Origin: a virus
Taxonomy: Duplodnaviria > Heunggongvirae > Uroviricota > Caudoviricetes
Reading direction: 5' to 3' (one strand)
DNA length: 64,000 nucleotides
Virus record (IMG/VR): IMGVR_UViG_3300031992_000020
The stretch's first letter is position 1. Each line of letters starts with the position of its first letter. The notes beneath the pieces were generated by a model. The model was not told the origin of the DNA. It worked only from the letters and a program-made list of their open reading frames with translations, and did not search any database. A program made the translations under genes and the position numbers. This document shows positions 1 through 11,181 of this stretch, piece after piece.

Positions 1-2
1 AG

Positions 3-749
3 AATGCTTATTATGTTCTATCTGTTGATGTAGGCCGCCGCGGATGCGACACTGTTATTTGTGTGTTTAAAGTAAATCCGCAAACGGCGGGAAATGCAAT
101 AATTAGTTTGGTCAATATTTATACATTGAGTGATGCTCATTTTGAAGATTAGTGTATTTATATCAAAAAATTATACTATAAATATAAAGCAAAGAAAATT
201 GTAATCGACGGTAATGGTCTTGGTATTGGTCTTGTTGACTATTTAGTTAAAGGACAAACAGATCCAGATACCGGAGATTTATTAGCAGACTTTGGTGTAG
301 ACAATGATGAAGATGGTGAATATAAAAAGTATCGCACCGAAGTATGCGAAGAAAATGCTTTATGGATTATTAAAGCTAATGCGCCAATCAATACCGAAGT
401 ACATGGTAATGTTCAGTCCATGATGCAAGCAGGCCGTGTAAAGATGTTAATTGATGAACGTGTTGCAAAAATTAAATTAATGGGTACCAAAAGAGGTCAA
501 GATATGAAACCAGAAGAGCGGGCAGAATATCTTAAACCATTTACCTTAACTTCCATATTAAAGGAAGAAATGATGAATCTTCGTGAAGAAAACGAAGGCG
601 TCAATATCATTTTAAAGCAAGCTAATAAAGGTATTAAGAAAGATAAATTCTCAGCATTTGAATATGGATTATATTGGATTAAATTAGAAGAAGATAAAAA
701 ACGTAAACGCAATAAGAAACGTTTTAGCGATATGCTTTTTATGAATTGA
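3..749 (+). CDS. terL: Terminase large subunit, C-terminal nuclease domain (5'-partial; code 15)
   Basis: The frame is open from base 3 with one TAG at 150-152. It translates to YVLSVDVGR...HFED(Q)CIYIK...IVIDGNGLGIGLVD, an RNase H-like terminase nuclease motif, and joins ORF 420..749, ending in TGA. Confidence 0.9.
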
Positions 750-750
750 G

Positions 751-1116
751 GTGTCAAAAGTGCGTGCTTCAAGAGGAGAAATAAAGATTGAAGAAATATT
801 GCGCGAAGCTGGTCTAAACTTCACAGAAGAACAAATTTTTGAAGGACTTAATAGTCCAAATGGTAGACCATTAAAGTTTGATTTTTGTGTATTTGATGAC
901 GATGGCAATGTAGACTTCTTGATTGAATATCAAGGCAAGCAACATTATGAACCTTCTTCTAAATATGGTGGCAAGCAAGGATTTTATCGTCAGCAATTTA
1001 ACGACAATAAAAAAAGACGCTTCTGCGCGCTTAATAATTATAATTTAATTGAGATACCTTATACTGAGGAAAACTTAATAAGTTATGATTATATCATGGA
1101 GAAAGCTGGATATTAA
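751..1116 (+). CDS. Small PD-(D/E)XK (Vsr/DUF559-like) nuclease-family protein
   Basis: Motif LKFDFCVF...LIEYQGKQHY...DNKKRRFC...LIEIPY. It lies between terL and portal and ends in TAA. Confidence 0.65.
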   Translation: MSKVRASRGEIKIEEILREAGLNFTEEQIFEGLNSPNGRPLKFDFCVFDDDGNVDFLIEYQGKQHYEPSSKYGGKQGFYRQQFNDNKKRRFCALNNYNLIEIPYTEENLISYDYIMEKAGY

Positions 1117-1128
1117 GGAGGGATTGAA

Positions 1129-2766
1129 TTGGCTGACAGATAGGATAGCATCCATGCCAAAGGCTTTTCAATCGTTCAACGTCCAGAATTAAGAGACATT
1201 TATGGTGGCCAAGTCGATTATGGTAAAGTTAAGATTGGTTTTTAGACTCTTGAAGATGCTATAATTGATTTGGGATCTCTTAAAAGGGTCGATAGAAAGA
1301 ATTATAGTAAGTTGTCTGTTATGCAGGCAATTGCGCGAAAGGATTTCGGTGCTTTGCGCAAGATTTCTAATTATTTCTACGAGATCAGTGGTCTATATGA
1401 AAGACTTTGCACTTATTTTGCAGGTTTATATAGATATGATTGGTATATTACTCCATACAAGGTTGAAGAAAAGGCTAAGGATGAAAAAATTTTAGCTGAT
1501 TTTTCAAAAGCTCTTGATTTTATGGACGAGAGTGGTGTGAAAAAATTATGTAAAGATATAGCCTTAAAAGTAATCGTGAATGGTTGCTATTATGGGTATT
1601 ATATTGAAACATCACGTGGTTTTACATTCCAGGAACTTCCTGTCGAATATTGCCGTAGTCGCTTTAAAGTTGGCAATAGACCAGCAGTTGAGTTTGATCC
1701 ACGCTTTTTCGATGACATGTTCCCGGATGTTGAAATGCGACTAAGGGCATTAAAAATGTATCCAGATGAATTTGCTAAGGCTTATGTGCAATATAAAAAG
1801 CGTAAGCTAAATGTAAAAGAAACAGATGGCTCACGAGGTTGGTGGCTATTGGATCCAGATTGCGCATTTAAAGTAAATCTTAACAATAGTGATTACCCAA
1901 TGTTGGTAAATATTATTCCTAAGATTTTTGATCTGGATGAAGCGCAAGATTTAGATCGCCGCAAGATGATGCAACAATTATTGAAGATTATTATTCAGAA
2001 GTTGCCTCTTGATAAAAATGGCGACTTGATTTTTGACGTTGATGAAGCGAAAGATATTCATAACAATACTGTACAAATGCTTCAACGTGCGGTTGGTGTA
2101 GATGTTATGACTACTTTTGCCGAAGTTGATGTTGCAGATTTGGCTGATAAGAATACTTCTACAACAAGAGATGAGTTAGAGAAGGTTGAAAGAGCAGTTT
2201 ATAACGAAGCTGGTGTTTCACAAAACTTGTTCAATTCTAATAGTAACTTGGCTCTTGAAAAAGCTTCTGCGGTTGATGAATCTCATGTGCGCGACTTCGT
2301 ATTTGAGTTTAATGAACTATTTGGTCGTATTTTAAGAATGAAGTTCCCAGCAAATAAAAAGTATTGCTTGCATTTTAATATGTTGGAAACTACAATAAAT
2401 AATTATAAAGAATTGTCTAAGATGTATAAAGAGCATACGCAGCTTGGTTTCTCTAAGATGCTGCCGCAGATTGCTCTTGGTCATTCTCAGAGTTCTATAA
2501 TTGCAACTGCTCACTTCGAGAATGAAGTATTGAAGTTGCAAGAAATTATGATTCCGCCTCTTATGTCTTCTACCTTAAATGGTAAAGATATTTTGCCTGG
2601 CTCCAAAGAAGCTGCTAGTGGCGCTCAATAGGGTGGCAATGGTGCTAGTGCGGCAAAGCAAGTAGCACAAGCCGCAACAGAAAAAAAGATGGGTCGGCCA
2701 GAAAAAGAGGATGGACAGAAATCTGATAAAACGATTGCTAATCGTGAAGCCGCAGGAAAGGAGTGA
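1129..2766 (+). CDS. Portal protein (~545 aa; code 15)
   Basis: TTG start after the AAGGAGG RBS. TAGs at 1141, 1243 and 2629. Reading through 2629 gives the tail GRPEKEDGQKSDKTIANREA and TGA at 2764-2766. Size and position (after terL, before the protease) fit a portal. Confidence 0.85.
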
Positions 2767-2771
2767 GTTAA

Positions 2772-4091
2772 GTGCCTAAACATGTCAGTATTCCTATTGA
2801 TGGAACCGTAGAATTGCTTAATGTAGCTCCAATGGAAGATAATCCATTGCTAAGTCATTGCGATATTAAGGTTTGCTATTTAGGTGAAAATCGTAATCAC
2901 AGTGTGATTAATCGTGAATCTGCTATTAAGATGGCAAAGACTTTACATGGATGTCCTATTGCGGGTTTTTATGACAATAAGCAAGAAGATTTTTCTGGGC
3001 ATAACCGTAGTATTGAGGTTGGCGATGGAAAATTCCGCATTGTTGATAAAACCAAAGCCTATGGATTTGTTGATTCTAGTTCTAAGATATGGTTCCAAGA
3101 TTTTCTTGATGATAATCAAGTAAAGCGGACATACTTATTAACAGAAGGTTATTTATGGACAACTTTATATCCAGAGTCTAAAAGAATTTTAGAGCATGGA
3201 AATAATTAGTCTATGGAACTTAATGAAGAAAATTTAGATGGCTCGTGGACATTTGACGATAAGGGGTTACCTAAATTTTTTATAATTAATGAAGCAATGA
3301 TACAAAAGCTTTGTATTCTTGGAGAAGACGTCGAGCCTTGTTTCGAGGGCGCGGGTATTGCAGCACAATTCTCCTTTGACGGAGACTTCAAGAACAAACT
3401 ATTCTCTCTTATGGAGGATATTAAATCTGCTTTGAACAAAGGAGGATTTACTTCAATGGAAGAAAATAAGATCGTTGATCCTACTTTGGAAGATGAGGTT
3501 AATCCAGAACTCGACTTTAAGAAGAAGGAAGAAGACGAGAAGAAGGAAAATCCATTCCCTCCAAAGGATGACGAAGAAAAAGATACCCCTGATGAGGGCA
3601 AAGATGATAAAGGCGAATCTGCTGAAAAAGAAGAAGATGAGGATGAGAAGAAGAAAGTTCCTGCAAAGCATTCTTTGACTGATGAGGATATTCTTGAATC
3701 TGAACTTTATAAGAATCTTGCTGTTGAGTTCGCTCAGTTACAGAAAGATTTTGATGCTTTGAAGGCAGAGGTTGAGCCTCTTCGCGCATTTAAGGTTGAA
3801 TCTGATCGTAAAGCAAAAGAAGAAATGATTAATAGTTTCTATATGCTTTCCGATGAAGATAAGAAAGATTGCATTGATAATATTGATACTTATAGTCTTG
3901 ATGATATCGAAGCAAAGCTTTCAATTATTTGTGTTCGTAACAAGGTTTCTTTTAACCTTGAAGACGATAAAAAAGAAACAGAAGTAGACAAGAAAGATCC
4001 ACTTCTCTTCTCATTGGATAACAATGATGATGGTGATAGCGCTCCAGCTTGGATTAAGGCTGTAAGAGCGACCGCCAAAGAATTAAACTAA
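2772..4091 (+). CDS. Prohead protease / scaffold fusion (~439 aa; code 15)
   Basis: ORFs 2772..3209 and 3213..4091 are in the same frame and joined by one TAG (GNN-Q-SMEL). The N-terminal part has CYLGENRN and TLHGCPIAG motifs, and the C-terminal part is acidic and coiled-coil-like. It precedes the capsid genes. Confidence 0.75.
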
Positions 4092-4114
4092 TTTTATAAA
4101 GGAGGAAGCTACAT

Positions 4115-4948
4115 ATGGCTTTTACAAGATTGTCTCCAGAAGCTAATTTCGTAGAATTGGGCTTCGGACAGGTTGAGCCTAACCATCTCAGTGCGCAGAG
4201 AACTGGCGAAATTTTCGCACAGTTACCAGCTGCTGCAAATATTGATATTCTTGAGAATGGTCAGTTCGTAAAGTATGATTATGCCAATGGTGAAGTCAAC
4301 TTTGGCGATAATGCTAATGGCTATGCAACTGGTGAATGGATGCTCGTTTACAACGAAGTTAAAGTTTATCGTGACCATGAAACCGATCAGGATTTTGCGA
4401 TGATTCGTCGTGACTACAATGGTCGTGTTTATAGTCCTGTTGGTGTTGGCGCCGCTTCTAGTGCTTGGGGTTCTGCTCAGGGTATTAATGGTGTTGGCAT
4501 TAATGGTTATGCAAGTTCTAATGATTGGGATATGATGAAGGCTATTCAATCTCAGGTTGAACTTTATGCCGATGGACATGATAATGCAGCAGGTGTTGCA
4601 CCAGATTATGGTCGCAATCATTATCCAATCGGAAACAGCTACAAAGTTGAGAAACTTAATGTTCCTCAGATGGCTGAATATGCACAGCCAAACCGTCCAA
4701 ACGGAAATGGTAAGGCTGGTTTGATGGTTCCTCGTGTATTTAAGACTCACGAAGGTGACATCTTCACTACTAATACTATTGCTGTTAAGACAGGCACTAA
4801 CCTTACACTTGGCGAAATTCTTCGTCCAAATGCTCATGGTTATCTTACCAACGACACAGCTGTTACCGGCGACTTCCAGTGGCAGATTGTTAAGATTTAT
4901 AATCTTGGCGATATGCAGAGAGCCGTTAAGGTAATGAGAATTAAGTAA
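4115..4948 (+). CDS. Putative capsid decoration/cement protein
   Basis: RBS AGGAGG. The 277-aa ORF has GFGQVEPNHLSAQRTGEIFAQLP and ends in AVKVMRIK. It lies directly upstream of the major capsid gene and has no TAG. Confidence 0.65.
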   Translation: MAFTRLSPEANFVELGFGQVEPNHLSAQRTGEIFAQLPAAANIDILENGQFVKYDYANGEVNFGDNANGYATGEWMLVYNEVKVYRDHETDQDFAMIRRDYNGRVYSPVGVGAASSAWGSAQGINGVGINGYASSNDWDMMKAIQSQVELYADGHDNAAGVAPDYGRNHYPIGNSYKVEKLNVPQMAEYAQPNRPNGNGKAGLMVPRVFKTHEGDIFTTNTIAVKTGTNLTLGEILRPNAHGYLTNDTAVTGDFQWQIVKIYNLGDMQRAVKVMRIK

Positions 4949-4970
4949 TAAGGAAAGGAGAGAAAAGTCA

Positions 4971-6182
4971 ATGTTAGAAAGAAATGAACTTTTAAAATTG
5001 ATGAAGGCAACTGCTAAGGCTGACCGCTCTGCTCCTGTTGCTTATTCATTCAATGGTGAAAATCTTAGTTACGATGCTCTTAATGAGACTCTTCGTACTG
5101 AGATGAACGAACTCGCAGGCACTTTTGCCCTTTACCGCGAGAATAAGAATACCATCTTCTCTTTGATTGAAGAGACCATGGATGACATTCTTCCTAAGAA
5201 AGTTGAGGAAGAGTTTGAAAAATTTGCAGAAGTAAAGACTATTGCTCAGGGCAACAGCACTATCTTCTGGCGTAAGCATGATCGTCAGCGTGCAAAGCAG
5301 TTCATTACCAAGGTCGGTTTGGCTGGTATCTACGAAGTATTCAAGCTTGGTAAAGATACTCCTATCGAAGTTCAGACCAGTGCTATCGGCGGTGCCGCTC
5401 AGATTGGTCTTGAAGAGTTCTTGGATGGACGTGCTGATTTCGCTGAGGTAACTCGTATTGTTATGGAAGGTATCGAGGAACTCATTCATTGGGAAATCGG
5501 TGCCGCACTTAAAGAAGGTCTTACTCAGCTTCCTGCAATGAATACTGTTGTAACTAACGGTTTCGATGAGAAAGCTTTTGACCGTTTGCTCGCTATCTCT
5601 GCTGCTTATGGCACTCCTACTATTTATTGCACAGAAGAATTTGCTCAGAAGATTCTTCCAAACGATAATGGTGGCACTTATGCTAAGTGGTCCGACAATA
5701 TGAAGGATGTTATTTGGAACAATGGTCGCTTTGCAAATTATAAGAACCATGTTATTAACATTCTACCGCAGGGCTTCACTGATGCTACCCATACCACTAA
5801 GGTTATGGATCCAGGCTTCTGCTATATCCTCCCAGGTAATGTAAAGCCTGTTAAGGTTGTTATGGAAGGCCAGACCATTGTTGATGAGTATGTTAACAAG
5901 GATCGTAGCCGTGAGATTCAGGTATACAAGAAAGTCGGCGTTGGCGTCGTAATGACTCCTGACATTTGCGTATACAAGGATACTGAACTTGCTGGTCAGT
6001 ATGGTGTTTACACTGGTGATAAGACCCCTGCAACACCGGCTGTCGAGTATGAAGTAGTTGCAAATCCAGTAGCAGCTGATGTTGGCAATTATTACATTGC
6101 TCAAATCAATGGTTATACCGTAACCTATGTAAAGGCTAATGAATTTGCCGAGGGCGTAACTTACTACAAAGTTAAGGCTTAA
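4971..6182 (+). CDS. Major capsid protein (HK97-fold inferred)
   Basis: 403-aa ORF with high-expression codon bias (Gln mostly CAG, no TAG). It follows the protease and decoration genes and is followed by a terminator. Confidence 0.85.
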   Translation: MLERNELLKLMKATAKADRSAPVAYSFNGENLSYDALNETLRTEMNELAGTFALYRENKNTIFSLIEETMDDILPKKVEEEFEKFAEVKTIAQGNSTIFWRKHDRQRAKQFITKVGLAGIYEVFKLGKDTPIEVQTSAIGGAAQIGLEEFLDGRADFAEVTRIVMEGIEELIHWEIGAALKEGLTQLPAMNTVVTNGFDEKAFDRLLAISAAYGTPTIYCTEEFAQKILPNDNGGTYAKWSDNMKDVIWNNGRFANYKNHVINILPQGFTDATHTTKVMDPGFCYILPGNVKPVKVVMEGQTIVDEYVNKDRSREIQVYKKVGVGVVMTPDICVYKDTELAGQYGVYTGDKTPATPAVEYEVVANPVAADVGNYYIAQINGYTVTYVKANEFAEGVTYYKVKA

Positions 6183-6193
6183 TTTAATATAAT

Positions 6194-6228
6194 ACGGGCG
6201 TGCGTGACAACACGCCGCCCGTTTATTC
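6194..6228 (+). terminator. Rho-independent terminator after the major capsid gene
   Basis: Hairpin acgggcg-tgcgtg-acaa-cacgc-cgcccgt followed by ttattc. Confidence 0.7.
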
Positions 6229-6253
6229 TATTATATGAGAAAAAGGAGAAAAA

Positions 6254-6847
6254 GTGAATATGAATAATGCTACTTTAATTAACGTCCGCAATAGAAGCAA
6301 TTCTGTTGTGGTATATAATGTAGATGATTTACGCGTGCGCCGTGAGTTTATGCCGGGTGCTGTAAAATCTGTTCCATTGGAAGAGATTTATGCACTTAGT
6401 CAGCAAGCAGGTGGCGCAGAAATTATTGCTAATTATCTATTTATCGAGAATCCTGCCGCGGTGGAAGAGATGTCAATGAAAGTAGAGCCTGAGTATTATT
6501 TAGATGACAAGGGAGTTATTGATCTTCTAAAGAATGGCTCAGTCGACGCATTACTCGATTGTCTTGATTTCGCACCTGCTGGCGTTCTTGATTTAGTCCA
6601 GAAATATGCAATTGAGTTGCCGCTCACAGATACTAGAAAGATCAAAGCAATTAAAGATAAGACTGGTTTTGATGTAGCACTTGCACTCAAACATAAAGAA
6701 GAACTTGCGGCAGAGATGGCTGAAACTGACAACCAGACTGAAAGTGGTATGGATGTTAAGGTTCGCCGCACTCAGCCGACAGCAACAGAAACTCCTTCTG
6801 GCCGTAGAACCGCTCCTAAGTATAAGGTAGTACCTAAGGAGGCTTAA
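6254..6847 (+). CDS. Hypothetical head-associated protein (197 aa)
   Basis: RBS AAGGAG, intact ORF ending in TAA, located between the capsid and neck genes. Confidence 0.75.
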   Translation: MNMNNATLINVRNRSNSVVVYNVDDLRVRREFMPGAVKSVPLEEIYALSQQAGGAEIIANYLFIENPAAVEEMSMKVEPEYYLDDKGVIDLLKNGSVDALLDCLDFAPAGVLDLVQKYAIELPLTDTRKIKAIKDKTGFDVALALKHKEELAAEMAETDNQTESGMDVKVRRTQPTATETPSGRRTAPKYKVVPKEA

Positions 6848-6849
6848 TA

Positions 6850-7434
6850 ATGACGTCATTTGGAACTATTATTGATAAATTCCTTGGTAAGATCACTGAT
6901 GATATGTATCTTGAGCTTACTGAAGAAGATACAATGCGTGATGCGAAATAGTTTCTTTTAGATGCCATTCCTTATTTTGAATTTCCACGTTTTGCAATTT
7001 ATGACTATGATGAAGCACAGGGTGTTTATAATGTTGATCTAACGCCAGAAGAAATTAATATTTTTGCAGTTTGCATGAAACAAGCTTGGTTGGATAGATA
7101 GATCAATTCTGTTGAAAACACTCGAATGAAATATTCCGGTTCTGACTTTAAATTTACTTCGCAAGCTAATCATCTTGCGAAGCTTTTGACTTTAAAGGCA
7201 GAAAACCATAGAGAAAATATACATTTACAACGTCTTTATAAGCGCCGCAAGGTAGCAGAAGATGGTCATGTAATGTCTAATTGGCATATTCTTAATCAAT
7301 CCGCAATCAATGAACATCGCACTCCACAAATTTCTGGTTTACCTGTCCAGCCTATCTATGTTCCTGTTGAAGGAGAAGATGGCGGTGGAGAAGGTGAAAC
7401 TACTGTTGTGGAAGCTGAGTGGGAACCAATTTGA
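6850..7434 (+). CDS. Putative head-tail adaptor/connector (~194 aa; code 15)
   Basis: ATG at 6850 and two TAGs (DAK-Q-FLL; LDR-Q-INSVENTRMKYSGSDFKFTSQANHL). Joins ORF 7126..7434 and ends in TGA. Confidence 0.65.
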
Positions 7435-7733
7435 TGTACCATCGAGTAGAGTTCTCGGATGCTGTTGTTGGTTAGGATTTGCGGAGATTGATTAATCATA
7501 TTTTTAAATTAATTCCAATGCGTGAAAATGAAGAGGATTGGCGACGTCAATTAGAAACCGTTCTCGTAGAATTATATGGTTTACACGCAATGTTTGGCGA
7601 TCAGTTGGACTTTTTAATTTTAATTAGTAAATTAGAAGGGTTGCGGCAAGTCGGTAATTTTGAGGTTTATCGTAGTACAGTTTTTAGCGCGATAACAATT
7701 CTTACCGAGCTTGCTAACGTGTTACGTGGTTGA
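7434..7733 (+). CDS. Hypothetical protein (~99 aa; code 15)
   Basis: The ATG overlaps the upstream TGA. One TAG (VVG-Q-DLRRLIN), then ORF 7479..7733, ending in TGA. Confidence 0.6.
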
Positions 7734-8667
7734 GAATTTATCCTTAATGCATATGCGGGCTCGCGCGAGTAATAATGATCGCCAACATGACCGAATGGTC
7801 ATGGATAAAAAGCGCGGGTTTCATAGAGCATTATTATATTCATATTAGGCATCTTGGGTACGCGCCGATGGTTCCGAAGAATGGCATCGCGCACTTATGA
7901 ATCCAGATCGAGTTAAATTCGATTATGACGAAAAGATTATTTCAATAGATTTTGATAGTGGATTTCATTCTGGGGTCACTTTCGAATGGGGGAAAGGGAC
8001 TGGCAGTTATTGGATTATATTAAAGACAGAAGATACTGAACGAGCTTATTTGCGTGCCAATTGCCGCAGATGTCATTATCTTACTGCAGTTGACCCAGAA
8101 ACACATGAATCTTTTGGACAATGGGCTTCTATTAGAGGCCCAGTTGAAACAAAGATTAACACTATTCAAAAAGCTGGATTAGTTGCCGATGTGCCTAATT
8201 TAACATTAGATATTTATATGCGGGATACCGATCAAAATCGTCGGACGTTCGAACGTTATAAACGCTTTGAGTTTAATGGTCGCTATTGGAAAGTCCAAGC
8301 ACCAGATTTCATTAGCACGCCTGGTATTTTAGAGATACAAGCAGAAGAAGATTATGAGTGCCGTGAAGATGAAATGTTTAAAGTTAAAACAGAAGAGCCA
8401 GAACAAATTCCCGCAGATCAAAATATTATTATGGGGGATACCTCTATTAAGCCTCTTGAACCACATACTTTTAGTTTAAAGATGCATCAAGAGGGTGAGT
8501 GGAGTATTACATTGCCAGCTTCTAAGAATAAAGAAGTTGATGATGTGATAGATTATAAAGTAGTGGGTGATATGATCAAAGTAACTTGGACCGCTGCATT
8601 ATCCGGATCTTTTGTTCTGCATCATGGCGATCTGGAAAAAACGGTCTTAGTGGAATCACTATTTTAA
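7726..8667 (+). CDS. Putative head-closure/neck protein (~313 aa; code 15; start uncertain)
   Basis: The frame extends upstream of ORF 7897 through one TAG (RALLYSY-Q-ASW) to a GTG at 7726. Ends in TAA. Confidence 0.6.
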
Positions 8668-8681
8668 GGAGATAATGGAGC

Positions 8682-9215
8682 ATGAAAGTTGGAGAAAATT
8701 TTGATACGCCTCAGTCTAGTTTTCTAATTATAGAAAAAGATGAGCGTAAAATTGCTGAGAAGCTATTAAGTAATCCACGACTTTTAAAGTTGTTATATTA
8801 CAGAGAAGCTGATGCGCAAAGTAAGCCATCATTAACAACAGAATAGAAGATGAAACTTATTAATAAAGAAATTAGGATTGTGCCGAAATTGGATGTTGAT
8901 AAGGATTGTCCTATTTTTGTTGTGATTACTTTTGATAATTTTACACCCAATGCTACTAATCCTCAATTTAGAGATTGCACAGTTAATTTTGATATTTTAT
9001 GTCATCCCGATCACTGGAATCTTGGTAACTTTTAGTTGCGTCCTTACAAGATTGCTGGTGAAATTGATGCAATGATTAACAATCAAAAAATGACTGGAAT
9101 CGGAACACTAAAATTTATGGGAGCAAATAATCTTGTGCTCAATGATCAATTAATGGGATTAACCATGATTTATAGATCAGTGCAGAGTACAGAGGACGTG
9201 CTACCTGTTGAATAA
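8682..9215 (+). CDS. Putative tail completion/terminator protein (~177 aa; code 15)
   Basis: RBS AAGGAG/GGAG, ATG at 8682, two TAGs (TTE-Q-KMK; GNF-Q-LRPYKIAGEID), TAA at 9213-9215. Confidence 0.6.
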
Positions 9216-9966
9216 ACTGGCTATATTTTCTGGTATAGACATTCCAATTCCAGAGTTGTAGTTAACATTACATCAACCTAGAATTAAAGAAATTGCTTTA
9301 ATAGGTGAATTAGAATATTTTATGACTTTACAACTGTTATGCTTTGATAAACAAGCTATAATTGCGGCTAATCCCAAGGGCGCTTCTAATTTATCTACTA
9401 TGAGTAATTTTCAAATATTTATGACATTAATGGCCACTGATGAAGATGGAAATAAATCCGCACGAGAAAATAACGTGATTAATGTTTTAACGATCTTTTT
9501 GCCTGGTTATACCGTTTAGATTATGCCAAATGGATTGGGTATTTATTTAAATAACGCAACCACTAAGCATAATATAATGATTAATGAGACAAATTTTGAT
9601 GCATTAAAGCAAGCAATTACTGATGTTTCTGGTGTAAATAATTCAACAGGTGGTCAAAATGCCGGTTTTAAACCGAAAGGTGCAAAGGCCGCAAGGATTG
9701 CGGCAAAACTTATGAAGGGCCGTGCTGAGGTTGCTCGTTAGAAGGGCATGTCAAGTGATGGCACCTTAACTAGGTACGTTTCTATTCTCACTGTCGGGCT
9801 ATCGTCTATGAGTTTAGACGATTGTTTAAATTTAACTATATATTAGTTATACGATCTTATGGAACGTTATGGCTTATATATGGGGTGGGATTTAGATATT
9901 CGTTCTCGTCTAGCCGGCGGTAAGCCCGATGATAAGCCGGATGACTGGATGAAAGATTTACATTAA
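9208..9966 (+). CDS. Putative tail assembly chaperone-like protein (~252 aa; code 15)
   Basis: TTG start. TAG readthrough joins ORFs 9322 and 9523, giving IPIPEL-Q-LTLHQP near the start and LTIY-Q-LYDLMERY near the end. TAA at 9964-9966. Confidence 0.55.
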
Positions 9967-9983
9967 TAAGGAGGAAATAACCT

Positions 9984-11105
9984 ATGAAATTTGGTGTACG
10001 CGAAATTTGCGACGTAGTTTTAAAGAAAAAGGCTGCGGGTTATTTCGGCAAACTTTATCTCGATAAAGATATGCCTGTAATGTATTTCGATACCTTGAAG
10101 ACTTCTTCTCTTGAAGGTGCAAGTACTACTGTTTACGCACAGGGTGGTAAAGGTAACCCACGTTTGGTTGCTTGGGAAGGTGACCGTACCGTTACATTCA
10201 CCATGGAAGATGCGTTGATCAGTCCAGAGAGCTTCTCTATCCTTTCTGGTGCAGGTTTCATGGATGCCGATACTGAAAATCCAATTTATGTTCATACTAC
10301 TGAAGAAGTTCAGGTTAAAGATAATGCATTGACCTTGTCTCACGTTCCTGCTGCTGTTGGTGGACTTTTCATTATGCTTAAAAATGAAGATGGTTCTATT
10401 AATACCAACCGCGTTCCTATGGAAATTCCGCTTGGACAGGCTGGCGTTATTGATGGTCGTACTATTGATCTCCAGCAGGCTTTCACTGCTTGGGCAACTA
10501 AGTACAACAATGAGCATAATAAATTGATCAATGCTGGTAAGATTATGCAGGCTGTTGCTCCTGTTGGCGTTAACAACATTGATGATCTTGAAGCTTACAA
10601 TAATGCTTCTACTCCTGCCGATTTTACTGGCGGTGTTGCTGACTATGTAAACGGCACTGACCCAGATTATCCTGGTTCTGTTATGTATGTTGATTACTAT
10701 GTCAAGAGCACTCAGTATGTAAAGCAGATTGACATTGAAGCTGGTAAGTTCGGTGGTTCTTACTATCTTGAAGCTTCTACCTTGTTCCGTGATTAGGCAA
10801 CTGGTGAAGATTATCCTGCTGAGTTCGTAATTCCGAACTGCAAAGTACAGTCTAACTTCACCTTCACAATGTCTCCTACCGGCGATCCTTCTACTTTCAC
10901 TTTCACAATGGACGCTTTCCCAGATTACACTAAGTTCAATAAGACTAAGAAAGTAATCGCGGCTATCCAGATCGTTGAAGATAAGGATCTCTATGATGGT
11001 GGCGTTTCTGATGAAGCTGAGGATGCCAAGGTTGATAATGAGTATCATGAGAACTCTGGTAAGACCCCTCCAGGACGTTTTGCTAGCGCAAACACCGGAG
11101 ACTAA
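9984..11105 (+). CDS. Major tail tube protein (~373 aa; code 15)
   Basis: RBS AGGAGG. ORFs 9984..10796 and 10869..11105 share a frame and are joined by one TAG (TLFRD-Q-ATGEDYPAEFVIPNCKVQSNFTFTM). High-expression codon bias and a downstream terminator. Confidence 0.8.
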
Positions 11106-11120
11106 TTTTTAAATATGACA

Positions 11121-11158
11121 ATAGGGGAGATACGAATATGTATCTCCCCTATTTTTTG
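11121..11158 (+). terminator. Rho-independent terminator after the major tail gene
   Basis: ataggggagatac-gaatat-gtatctcccctat followed by a T-run. Confidence 0.8.
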
Positions 11159-11181
11159 TTTATGCGGAAAAGGTGACGTAA

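Noticed and set aside
3213-4091. Independent scaffold gene starting at the ATG just after the TAG
   Set aside because: There is no convincing RBS, and the ATG is part of the continuous Q-S-M-E-L motif.
10020-11048. 342-aa minus-strand ORF, and similar ones such as 4223..4837, 3206..3601 and 16664..17101
   Set aside because: These are antisense shadows of codon-biased plus-strand genes, with no RBS and no recognisable motifs.
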